Shown: piece by piece, positions 37,027-48,862 of the stretch
How positions within the stretch are numbered: the first letter of the stretch is position 1
How the letters are laid out: each line of letters begins with the position of its first letter
Assembly (NCBI GenBank): GCA_043228905.1
Contig: JBHGNT010000022.1
Span: forward strand, 11,532,001 to 11,596,000
Source of the DNA: Azolla caroliniana
Lineage: Eukaryota; Plantae; Polypodiophyta
Length of the DNA stretch: 64,000 nucleotides
Direction: 5' to 3'
Program-made: the position numbers and the translations under genes
The notes under the pieces: model-generated
The model's database searches: none
Told to the model about the DNA's origin: nothing
Seen by the model: only the letters and a program-made list of their open reading frames with translations

Positions 37027-38275
37027 TTAAGAATTTAAGTGGAATTCTCTGATTCTTAAGTGCCATTGTAAAGAATTTAGTTTAGTTATGTTCTCCAAAT
37101 TCCATCAATTTTACTACGACAATATTTTCACTTTCCACATATTAATCATCAGCTAGCTCTGATGTGATGTGGATTCGATGTATATGATATTAACATTAAT
37201 CCAATTTAGTTTGATGACACTTTGTTCTTGGACCATGTTTGCTGGATTTGTGCAAGGTGTTGAGCCAATATATGGTGTGATTTAATGTGACAAATATTAT
37301 TAAAGGAATTAGTTTGCAAGATGGAATGAATTTTTCTACAGAACCTTCTAATCCCATCTTTTCGATTATGTCAATTGCTTGAAACCTTTCCATGGGTTTT
37401 GCATTGGATCAAAAGTTATGCCTATGTTATAGCCAACAACCTTTCATAAAAAAACATAATGTACCTTTTGTGTGCAATGTGGAGTAAATCAGTCATGTTA
37501 ACATACGACAAAAAAGCATAAACGAATATGTTTAAATATGATCGTAATCTATAATATTTATTATGCATGAATCATGGCATTCTATAATGTCAAGTCCTCA
37601 TTACATTATAATTTGTACTTTGTTACTATCAAGCCAAGTACCCTACATACTTGGGTGCTATAGAGTAAACAATGTACTATACATCAAAGAAAGTGTCCTT
37701 TACTGCTAAGTCTAGACTCTACACCACCATGGTACAACTATGTATGTCGTTACTCGTTTACTATATTGTATATAACAAGATATATTTTACTATTAGGGTG
37801 ATACTGTTTGGGTACTTTATAAGAAAACACATATCTTGTTTATTGCTAATAACGTGATATCAATAAACTAACATATATAATTGCTAACCAATAGGTCTAC
37901 ACAATATTGGTACAATTTGAACACTACTTGTGTAATGTTACACGTATACAATTTCATTCTAGCTTTGTTATTATCGTGGAAAAAACATAATCTAGTTTGG
38001 TGCTAACTATTACATTATCGAAATTATAATAGTTGGTTTAGCATTGACTAATATCCATTCTACAAAAAAATAAAAAGCATGAGTCACGTCGACATCATTA
38101 TTTCGAACTATTCAACGCTATTTTAATACTGTATGAAAAGAAATCTGAGTATACAGTAGTTGTATTGCATTAATTCTACATTAATGTTAAGTTTAGGCTC
38201 ATATTATTTGGGTAGAGTTAGAATAAAAAACATATCATTTGATACTAATTTGTTGTAGCGTAGGGAATATATTAA

Positions 38276-38588
38276 GGGAAAAGTACCAGGATACCCCTGG
38301 AAGTTCGTCTATTTACCAGAATGCCCCTGGAAGTTCCAAATTTACCAAACTACCCCTATGTCCAAAAAATTACACTTTATAAAGTAATTATACACTCAAA
38401 TCTTTGGTAAATAGGGCCAGTTTGGGTCCATTTCTTCCATCTTTGGTAAATAGGGCTTGTAGATTTGAGTGTATAATTACTTTATAAAGTGTAATTTTTT
38501 GGACATAGGGGTAGTTTGGTAAATTTGGAACTTCCAAGGGCATTCTGGTAAATAGACGAACTTCCAGGGGTATCCTGGTACTTTTCCC
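38276..38588. mobile_element. Mutator-like foldback MITE, 313 bp, 9-bp TSD ATATATTAA
   Basis: ~128-bp TIRs (38276-38403 / 38461-38588) starting GGGAAAAGTACC, with one mismatch seen; TSD at 38267-38275 and 38589-38597. Confidence 0.95.
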
Positions 38589-39168
38589 ATATATTAATGT
38601 GGTTTTAGTATTAACTCTACGATATTGCAAAATTTAAGAAACTTTGTCCATATGGTTCATTACTAAATATATTAGTGCAACACACACACACAGCCACCAA
38701 TTTGTTTCGTGATGTATGTTCTACAAATGTATGTCTTTGTACTAAGTTGATTCGGCTCAGTTAATGGAAACCCACAGGGTCTCCACCATTAGGTGCCACC
38801 ATTTGTACATTTCGGGTAGTTTGCCATATAAACGAAACTTTCACCCACAAACTACATCATATCGTCGTCAAACCAAACCAACTTACGATAGAAGTCATTG
38901 GTGTGGCAGCAGTAGTATAAGCATATATTGTCCGCTATGAAATGACCAAACTTCCCCCATATATGGCCATCTACCAAATATGATCATATATAGATAATTG
39001 TAGGAAGTATATGAACCTTGGAACTTGACACTATTCCATGGTGTGAAAGCAGAGTCCGAGTTCTCATGGTGATCACTGAGAAAGACAAAAGACAAAAGAC
39101 AAAAAAGACAAAGAAAAAAAGACAAGCCCAGAGTCACGTGACATGGCTCTAGCCTCTCTCTTCTTCTT

Positions 39169-39207
<39 letters not shown>

Positions 39208-39312
39208 GAAAAAGGGGAAGAAAAAGAGATGTACATTTGCAGTAGATTCAGAGGAAGGCCCCATGTGATGGTGTTCAGTCATGCCCAAGTCACGTGACTG
39301 CACTACCCAAAT

Positions 39313-39343
<31 letters not shown>

Positions 39344-39416
39344 CCATCACCATCACCATCATGACCAGGTACTGCTCTAATTCATAAACTGGACTCCATT
39401 TTCAAAAGATTTGATC

Positions 39417-39630
39417 ATGCATCATCCCATGTTTAGGATGAGGAAGCCCCCATTGCCATCAGAATTGGCTGCTTCTGCTACAGCCTTGTCCTGCTCTTGC
39501 ATCTTCCTTTGCCTTTGTATCCCTTGTGCCATCGTAGTCGTAGTAGATGCTGCGCTCACCGATCCGTCTTCCTCCGCAGGCGGCCATGGCCTCTTCACAT
39601 CAGAAGAATCCTGGCCTGCATTGCCTGTCA

Positions 39631-39679
<49 letters not shown>

Positions 39680-40067
39680 TACTCCATCCATACCAAGGGC
39701 ATCAACATCTACTCCTACGCCAGGAATCGTGCAGAATGCAACGGAGAAGAAGAAGAAGGCGGGCGGCGGGCATCACCATGGTACCAAAAGAGCTCCTCCA
39801 TCATCATCATCGTCGCCATCGTCGCCATCTTGCCCTGTGAATGTGATGAGGATCGGAGTGTGCGGTGCGCTGCTCATAGCTGCCGATGCGCCCGACTGCT
39901 GCCCCCTGCTGGGTCACCTGGGCATGGACATCGACTCGTGCCTGTGCCTGGCATTGGATGTCAACGTGTTGGGCGTGCTGGACATCAACATCCCGAAGCT
40001 GGACATCATCGCCACCATCATGACCACATGTGGCTACGATCCCACGCCCGACTTCGTGTGCCCTTGA
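39417..40067 (+). CDS. Hybrid proline/serine-rich protein with C-terminal 8-cysteine (HPS/LTP-like) domain, single exon
   Basis: Hydrophobic signal-like segment, Ser/Pro-rich linker, CP..GVC..CCPLL..CLC..CG..FVC pattern; start codon uncertain (39417/39429/39438). Confidence 0.85.
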
Positions 40068-40083
40068 TAATGGTTCGAACCTC

Positions 40084-40302
40084 GGATTTATGGTGTATCT
40101 TCATCCTCAATGTAAAGCATGTTGAGTAGAGTCATGCTTGGATTTATGGTATATCTTCATCCTCAATGTAAAGCATGTTGAGTGTAGTCATGCTTGGATT
40201 TATGGTATATCTTCATCCTCAATGTAAAGCATGTTGAGTGTAATCACGCTTGGATTTATGGTATATCTTCATCCACAATGTAAGCATGTTGAATGTAGTC
40301 AT
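40084..40302 (+). repeat. Four tandem ~56-bp repeats in the HyPRP 3' region
   Basis: GGATTTATGGTATATCTTCATCCTCAATGTAAAGCATGTTGAGT... x4. Confidence 0.92.
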
Positions 40303-42612
40303 GGTGAGCTCAAATGTATGTGTTGTAGTAGTGGTTAGCCAATTTGCCCTCATTTCATTGTCTTCAGCCCGATTTGCATCATAGTACTACACTTGATATA
40401 TTGAAGAATTTCTTTTAGCTGCCACAAGGTGTCTTTCCCAAGTTGCCTTGAAGCTGCTAACATTTGATCAATTGCCCATTTGTTTTGGATACATGCTGCA
40501 CAACTTTCTTTCTGTAGAGAAAATACTGTGCATGCATCAATCAACAAAAAGCTAACCACATAAGGGGGTAACATTGCCTTGAGATTATGTTTTTTCAATG
40601 TATAATATATCAATTTATCAATCTAACTTAGTGATAGTATTGCGTATAACAGATTAGGTCAAGTGTTTATTGAGTTTTAAAAGTGGAAACTATTGAAATA
40701 CCAATTGCAAAGGTTGTTGATGGAAGGCTTTCATATATAATCCATGATTAACATACCGCATAAAATGACCCTCCTTTGTTGTGACAAGGAGGAAGGTTCA
40801 AATTACACTATATCATTCCATAAGTAAATCAGTAGTCCACTTCTTCATATAGGAGGAACGATATTTGCTGACCATTAGAGAAATTTTGACTCAAAGTTGG
40901 TCTTTTTAAGAAATGATATGTCATTGGGAAGTTTTTGAAATGAGCAAGTGGTGGGCGACCTTCTTAATTCATGATGCGATCTTTTCTTGCATAAAGGTGA
41001 GCTTTTGACTTGTAAGCTTTTGATCCATTATGTCCATCCATGACCCCACCATTATACATTCATGACCCATACATGACTCCTCCAAATCCCATAGTCAATC
41101 ATTATGCACTCATCTAATTTTATACTTAGTGAGTTGACATTTGAAACGCAGTAATAGCCAACTTATGAATGTTCAAAAGCCAATCTTCATATAAAACAAC
41201 ACATCCAGTTTGCGTGCTACATTTCTTCATATTACAATATTGATATTTGAAATGTATTAGCAAAATTGTTCAACCCTCCAAAGTCAATCTTTCATATGAT
41301 TAGAAATCTTCATTGTAGTTACACCAATTACATTAGCAATAATCACAACATAAATATATCATTAATTATTCTGAAAACTAAAAACCAAAAGAAACATTAG
41401 TCTGCCTTGTATTTATCCATCTACTAGGATCATGATTCTTTTAATTGTTAAAATGGTGTAAATTATATTGGTTTAAATGCTACTGTTTTGATGGATTCTA
41501 TTAACTTGATTGTTCTCTTAACAGTCATTATATCCCGTCTGTATTTTCTGACAACTTTAACACCTTCATGGATCAATACAATGAGAGATTATGTGTTAAC
41601 GTTGGTCACAATGCTCATGCACACATGCATACCATTGGCATAATAACACATTCCTTACCATCTGTCGATAAACTGGAAGAAGACAGATGGTTTTTCTAGC
41701 TGAAAACTATCTATCACGCCACACGTTGGGGTCAAGTTCTCTATGGAAGATCACTATCTATATATCATGGAAGTAATACACGAATACTGAACAAAACTGA
41801 TTAATCAGTCAGATGAGACATTTCATTTCAAAAAACTTTATGGAAGAACCAAAAATTTGTGTTTCTTGGATATTGATTTGCTTAGTTTGATACGGCTCAC
41901 ACTCTATTCATTCTTGGAAGAGCCCATTCCTTCATTAGCTAAACTTTCGCCCTATATGTTCCCTGTGTAACAAAAATTGATCTGGGTAAAAAAGTTATTT
42001 TCACTGTCTTCTTACTCAGATTTAGGAGTGGCATGCTTCAAAAGCATACAAATGTCCATTTTGTGCCTACAACCATTTCAATCTCAACACGGCAGATTCT
42101 AATAATGTCGGTTGAATGTAACATTACCAATACCTCATTCTGAGCAATAACTAATGTTCATGCGCCACATTTTCACTAATTCTACAAGATTGCATGAGCA
42201 TCCATCACTAATTAAGGAGATCTATTTCCTCCTAACCTCATATGTGTCAATCCATTCCCAAACTCTCATTGCTCCAATCAACATTCCATCCCATCGTGAA
42301 TTCCTATTATCCCTTCAAACAAAACAGTAAGATTCCCCCCTAAGACATGAGAATGACTATAATTGAAGTTTCCTAAAAGCTGAAAATCAAGATTTTGAAG
42401 CCTTTGGTCATGGAGTATGGAAAATGAAATGTTTGCTTACCACCATATCTTACAATCTTTAAAACACTTCGGTCCTAACCTTTATCAGAATTTATCAAAA
42501 TTTACAGACAATTGTACAACAAGGGTAGAGATACCATAACCACATGACAATACTGTACACTATTTTGATTCTTGGTTTATATTTTTGTTCTCCTTAGGAT
42601 TATACCATGCTC

Positions 42613-44323
42613 CTATAAAGACGTTCCCATTGCTTCAAGTTTCAGGTTCTGTTGTGCCAGGGTATATATGGCATATGGCATACCCTTTTCACTTTTTTCT
42701 TTGTTCCTAAAACTCTTTAACATAAAGCTTGAATCAATGGCTGCAAAAACCACGCACACAAATACATATATACTGCTCAATGTCAAATTCATTGAATATG
42801 CACTAGTGAATTCAAATAAGATGCCAAAAGGGAAAATTTTGCATACCCTCAATCGTCAGTATTGTGGAAATCCATCTTTGGTAGAGATAGAGAAGTCGAG
42901 GACCTTGGCCGGTGTGTGTATCAGAAAGAATCACCTTACAAAAGGTGCCAGAAATCTCACTGCTCAACAAAAAAAACATCATTTTAAACTGAATAAACCC
43001 CACTATAGATAGATATATAGATATATATGATAGGAAACCAATGGAGCTTACTTTGCATGGTCAATCGCATCTCTACAGAGAGCCAATGTCCTCATAATGG
43101 CTATTTCCCTTCCCTTCGATTGTCCAAACAATTTCTTGCATTTCCTGAGAGTTTTTATTTTATTTTAATGAGGTGATAATTGTAATCATATGTAAAGATG
43201 AAAGAAAAGATTACGGTACTACATATTGTCCAAGAAAATGGGAATCATTATGTATTACCGATCATCGAATAATTCAAGAAAATCATCTATAATGACGACT
43301 CGCGGCATCTTGTGATGCAAGTGAAAGGCCGCAAAGTATTTGCGAATATCCTCATCATCCTCCACGTATCTACAACCAAACATGCACACTGATATGTATG
43401 GAATGAATTGAATTGAATTGAATTGAATTGAATTGAATTGAAAGAGCGCCTGAAACAAATAAAACCGCATTCTTCATATGATTTCAACACATGATTCTCA
43501 CATAGAGAAAGAATTAGAACTTCTTTAATGTTATATGGATGGAATCTCGTCAACTCACTTCATGTGCACTCGCTCAAAGGCTTCAGAAGACACCGCCACA
43601 TCCTGTATAGAGGCGACAAACAAAACATGTCGAAAAAAGAGAAAGGAAGAGCACCATGATCTTTACTTTGATACAATATACTGCAAGAGATTTATTCAGG
43701 CATGAGTTAAAGAGACAGACATGGGGAAGAATTGGAGGTTTTCTTTCGATGTCTTGACGTTTGCAGATGAAGACAACATCTGCGGAAGCTTCCGACATCA
43801 TCGCAGCAGAGCTATTGTAAGCAAATTGGAAGAGGAGAGAGGTCTTCCCACTGCAGAAACAAAACACCAAAAATGAAATAAAATCACACACATATACATA
43901 CATACATATATATTTCGAAACAGAAGGACAGATTCTAGTTCTTGTTCTTTGCATACACATACTTGGGATATCTTACTTACAAGAAAACCCTAATCCTTGG
44001 GATATCTTACATACCAAAAAAAAAAACAACCCTAAATTTCCATGCGAAGGACAAAAGAAACAGCTCGATCCTGAGCGAAACCTGCACCTGCGAGGAGGGC
44101 CAGAGAGCAGAGTGTATGTTGGGAAACTTGTGACTGGGGAGGCAACATCCTCATCCTTATCATTTAAATTACCACGACACAACAGGTCTCCTTCTCCTTC
44201 TTCTTCTTCTTCTTCTTCTTCTCCTTCTGCATCACCATCACCGTCAGGAAGAGGAAGAGGAGGTGGAGGAGGAGGAGCTTCATGATGGGAAAAGAAAGAA
44301 CGCAGCAAATCATTCGTCTTCAT
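42613..44323 (-). CDS. SWSAP1-like RecA-family P-loop ATPase (plant Shu-complex-like); exons 44323-44088, 43850-43721, 43602-43559, 43369-43259, 43144-43052, 42959-42847, 42740-42613
   Basis: Walker A LLSGPPRSGKTSLLFQFA across intron 1, VHMKYVED, Walker B VVIIDDF; all six introns GT-AG and phase-consistent; upstream ATGs at 44347 and 44425 are alternatives. Confidence 0.8.
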
Positions 44324-44510
44324 CGTCTGTTTCCTGTGTCTTGGCATTGTCTGTGTCTTCAATGTGACTGAGGAGAGAGCCAAGTACACTCTCTCAAACA
44401 CACGACTCCTTCTCCCTCCGATCATTCGCCTTCATCCTCTGTTTCCTCTGTCTTTTGTCTGTCTCTGTCTCTGTCTGTCTTTGGCCATGGCGGAGGAGGA
44501 AAGCTCCTCG

Positions 44511-44733
44511 TAAACCCTAAATCTAAATTCTAGCCCTAAACCCTAAACCTAAATTCTAGCCCTAATCCTAAACCCTAAACCTAAATTCTAGCCCTAAACC
44601 TAAATTCTAACCCTAAATTCTAAATTCTAAACCCTAAAAACCCTGAACCGAACCGTTTAAACCGTTGCGCCGTTGCGCCATGGTTTTGAGGTTCGGTTTG
44701 AGCCGAACCAAACCCAAACCGTTGCCCATTGTT
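44511..44733 (+). repeat. Degenerate CCCTAAA repeats followed by one end of the hAT-like MITE family
   Basis: AAACCCTAAA/CCTAAATTCTAG units, then AACCG repeats ending TGCCCATTGTTA (11/12 match to the TIR at 713-724). Confidence 0.7.
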
Positions 44734-44885
44734 ACTAGTCCCAAAGAAAGCGCCACCTTTAGGTTAGGACAACATAGTCCCAAGGGACCACCCAACGGCC
44801 ATCTTTGGCCTATATAACGAGGATCGTTCCTCATTTGTAGATCATTCTTTGTTTACCGATTTTGCTCTATGGAGTGTTGAAGTGT

Positions 44886-44891
<6 letters not shown>

Positions 44892-44956
<65 letters not shown>
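44892..44956. repeat. (CT)n microsatellite
   Basis: Read directly. Confidence 0.95.
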
Positions 44957-44960
<4 letters not shown>

Positions 44961-46074
44961 GTTGTTTGGGAGTTTTCCCGACTCGATCCGACTTATATAG
45001 TTCATTGAGAATTCCTTTTCTTTTCCATACGACTCATAAGTAACTGGAATTGGTCACATGTAAATGTCAGTTGCTCGAATTTGTACTTTTTCGATTGTAA
45101 TCTTCTCGACTCATATGATAATTATCCTTCCTCATTTATTTATTTATGACAAATTGGCCTTCCCATTCGGACATGAATTCTCCATAACAACTTAGGTGTA
45201 GATGCGACATCCACTCCTCCTCGTCTCCCTCACAAAAGCGTAAACTTAATCCTCGTGAAGCATGTTGAGATAATCTCACATCGTTTTAGCTAGCTTTAGC
45301 TAACTAGCCTAGAGCCTAAGGGGCTAGTACAAATTCTACTTTATTGTTGGGAGACGAGTAGGAACGAATGTCAATCCACTCTTAAGTGTGGATAACTTAT
45401 CTTAAGATAGAAGCTTGAGCTTTGTGTATTACTTAACCTTAGCACTTAGATTAGATAAGTGATTATATTAGATATTAGGAAAGGCTCAAGTTGTAGCTCA
45501 AGTTTTAAACATGACAAGGAGAAGTAAAAATTACTTATACAAATGTATTTTATAGCTTTTATGGTGCCTTTGGGCATTTTCACAATGAGCTATTAATATC
45601 TCTATTATGCTATCCTTGCCCTTTATTCCATTGTCTCTTTTCTCGACACAACAATTGCTCTTCTATCCTCATTGATTAATCAACAAGATTCAATTGTGGA
45701 GGAGGAGATTTTGAGTGGAAATGAAACTAATTAAGCAAGTGGGGGTGAGTGCTTGGTCGAGCAACACGAATGGCTTCAACAAATCGTGGACAAAAAACCA
45801 CAAACCGACGAAGCCAGACTACAAATTAGATAGACATTACACCTCGTGCATTGTCGGGCTCCCTGAAGACCAAGAACTCGGCGGGAAAACAATGTTACGA
45901 CTGGGGAACACGTAGGAGGCACGAAAAAACGAGACAGAGATGGGCGGGCCCTTACGGTGAAAGCGAATTGCCGACAAAGTAGCATTAGCAGAGCAGGAAG
46001 ATCGCCAAGTGTAGTGTGAGCACTGAGCAAGCAGGTGGCAAGAGGCGTTGTTGTGAGGGTAGAAGGCCAGTCAA

Positions 46075-46213
46075 TTGGTTTCACACTGGGACCGCCCAGA
46101 GCTTTGGTTTCACACTAGGGCCGCCCAAACATTTGGTTTCACACTAGGACGCCCAAATATTTGGTTTCACACTAGGACGCCCAAATATTTGGTTTCACAC
46201 TAGGCCGCCCAAA
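46075..46213 (+). repeat. Five tandem 28-30-bp repeats immediately upstream of RPS8
   Basis: TTGGTTTCACACTAGG(G)(A/C)CGCCCAAA.. x5. Confidence 0.9.
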
Positions 46214-46348
46214 CCCGCCTGGGCGGGGGTCTCTTCTTCATTCAGACACTAGGGCTTTTCTCTTCTTCTTCTTTCTTCTTCTTCTTCTTCTTCTTCTCTC
46301 TTTTCTGCTTCTGCTGCAGCGCCATCGCCATCGCCATCGCCTGCAGCC

Positions 46349-48862
46349 ATGGGTCTGTGCACATCTCCTCTCTTGTTTTTTGTTTTCTCTCCTGCTCTTT
46401 CTTCTTAGGTCTGTTTTGTTTTGATTCCTTTGGTTTCTTCTTCTCCTTCTCCTTCTCCTTCTTCCTCTCAGGTATCTCCCGCGATTCCACCCATAAGAGG
46501 CGCGCCACAGGAGGGAAGAAGAAGTCATGGCGCAAGAAGAGGAAGTAAGATCCTTCCCTTTGATTCTCCATGTCGTTACCATTTTCTTTTCGACTGCATG
46601 GAACGCGCTTTTCTTTATCTGTGCCTGTGCGTTTGCTTGATCCATACCCCTTTTTCTTCTCCCCATGGAGAATCTCTGTAAAATTCCGCTGCTAAAAAAG
46701 AAACATAAAACGGAAAGGTATGAGCTTGGGCGTCAGGCTGCAATGACGAAGCTGTCCAGCAACAAGACAGTGCGGAAGGTCCGTGTGAGAGGTGGAAACC
46801 TAAAGTTCAGGGCCCTTAGGCTCGACACAGGGAACTACTCGTGGGGATCAGAGGCTGCGACACGGAAGGCACGCATCCTTGATGTCGTCTACAATGCCTC
46901 CAACAATGAGCTTGTGCGGACGCAGACACTCGTCAAGTCTGCAATTGTCCAGATTGATGCTGCCCCCTTCAGGCACTGGTATAGTCAGCACTATGGTGTT
47001 GAAATCGGGAAGAAGAAGAAGGCTCCTCCTAAGGAGGCTGGAGGAGCCATCAAGAAGGAATCTGAGGTATTTCTCCCTTCTCTCCACTTGTTTTCGCACA
47101 ATGTGCGTTTCTATGTGCTGAGTGTGGATGCTAGCTTTATTCCGTCAAGCTTCAAGCAACATTTTGTTAAAGTTGTGATGTTTTCCTGCGTGCTGTATTT
47201 AAGATGCTTATGAAAATATCGATGACATTGTGATGATTTGTAATTGTCCTGATAATATGAGACAAACCCATTTGAGTTGCATATGAAATTCTGATTGCAT
47301 TCACGTGATATTCAGCTGGTTCATCCTAACTATTCATGGAAGTTTCTTATGTGGTGATTAACATCAACTGTTGTTTTCCATTTTGATACATTCTTCTAAT
47401 GTTGCTTTTGTGTTAAACTGATTGATCTTAAACTGCATTTCCATTTGTCCGGTGTTTAGTCGATGAACATATGGATTTTGTCTTCAATGTTTCTGTATTA
47501 GCTGATTGGTTCGTATGGCATGTTTAAATTTTAATTCTTTTCATTTATTTTATATCAGCACCATACTTGTATAAATGCAAAGATTGTGTTTTCCTGATTA
47601 CACTTTCTGTTTGAAATAGTGATAATAGTAGTATATCTCTATTAAATGGTGACCATACGTGCCCAAATCTGAAGGTCGAAGTTTCGTGATTGTTTTTCCT
47701 CTATGAGATTGATGACTCTTAGTTTGTGTTGTATGCCAAGTGTAAATAGATTTATTTCATTTTTAGTTTTGTAGCATTTTACTTCAACACATACATATTA
47801 GAGAAGAATATTAGGTTAATATATATCACCATAAAAGGGGCTTCATTGGAGATGAGTTTGTGATAGTTATACTGTTCATTAATATCCTTATATACGACAA
47901 GCTGCAGGCTGGAACTAGAAAATAAATACTAGCTACCCATAATGTGAACTCATCTCTTGTTTAAGTGGAGGAATATATGTGCAGTAGCTTGAAATGCATT
48001 ATTTTAATTCTTAAGTTCTGTTCTGGTTGCAAAAGGACAATGTATTAATAAGAAGTCTTTTTTGTTCATGCAGAACTCTGTTCATGTTTGCGTAAGGATA
48101 CATATACATATATTTACATAGACATATATAAAAAACCTTAGAGCCTTATGATGTGCCTTTTTAGTTAAAAACTTCTCAATGAAATCTTGAAAGTATGCTA
48201 CCTATGGCCTCTTGTGTAATGGGAGTTTTAAGTTCACGACGCGTCCTTGTCTCTTTTATATGTGTTATTTATTATCTTGACTTTAAAAACCATGTTCTCT
48301 TTTATACTTATGTTCGGGCTACCTTTTCTGGTTTTCCCTGGCCTCAAAAAGTGTCCCATGTCATGTATGCAGGAAGGAGAGACACCTGGTGAGGGAGAAA
48401 AGGAGAAGCAGAGCAACCATGTAGCCCGCAAAATTGCTGAGCGTGTCAAGGATCGAAAACTAGATCCACATCTTGAGGATCAATTTGCTAGTGGCCGTTT
48501 GCTTGCTTGCATTTCTTCTCGGCCTGGACAATGTGGCAGAGCCGATGGGTATGCCCCAGTCTGTGATCATCATATGTGTCTCTACTCCATCTCTTAGTTT
48601 GCCTTGCATCGTTATATCAATTTTCTAGTCTGTAATCGCTATTTTTGTCTCTATGCCATCTTTTTTTTCACCTTGCATCATCTCTATAATATTTCTTATT
48701 TGGTATGGCATCTCTAACACTATATTATTTTGTCATTTATCTTTATACTGTTTATATCTTCCTGTTTTATTTTTCAGCTATATTCTTGAGGGCAAAGAGC
48801 TGGAGTTCTACCAAAAGAAGATTCAAAGGAAGAAAGGGAAGACAACGGGTGCTGCTGCTTAA
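46349..48862 (+). CDS. RPS8: 40S ribosomal protein S8 (eS8); exons 46349-46352, 46472-46544, 46718-47066, 48373-48548, 48778-48862
   Basis: [84 protein letters not shown]. Confidence 0.98.

Noticed and set aside
39422-40129. Poly-Asp, poly-Ile and poly-His ORFs overlapping the HyPRP gene
   Set aside because: Alternate frames of the (TCA)n microsatellite
46075-46213. CRISPR array
   Set aside because: Head-to-tail repeats without unique spacers
46238-46666. Lys/Arg-rich minus-strand ORFs (also 52126-52623)
   Set aside because: Translations of (CTT)n/(GAA)n UTR and intron microsatellites
47230-47294. Intronic C/D snoRNA in RPS8 (GTGATGA...CTGA; GCATATGA complementary to the 18S 5' end)
   Set aside because: Only 8 nt of complementarity, wrongly spaced from box D, and no terminal stem; snoscan/Rfam would be needed
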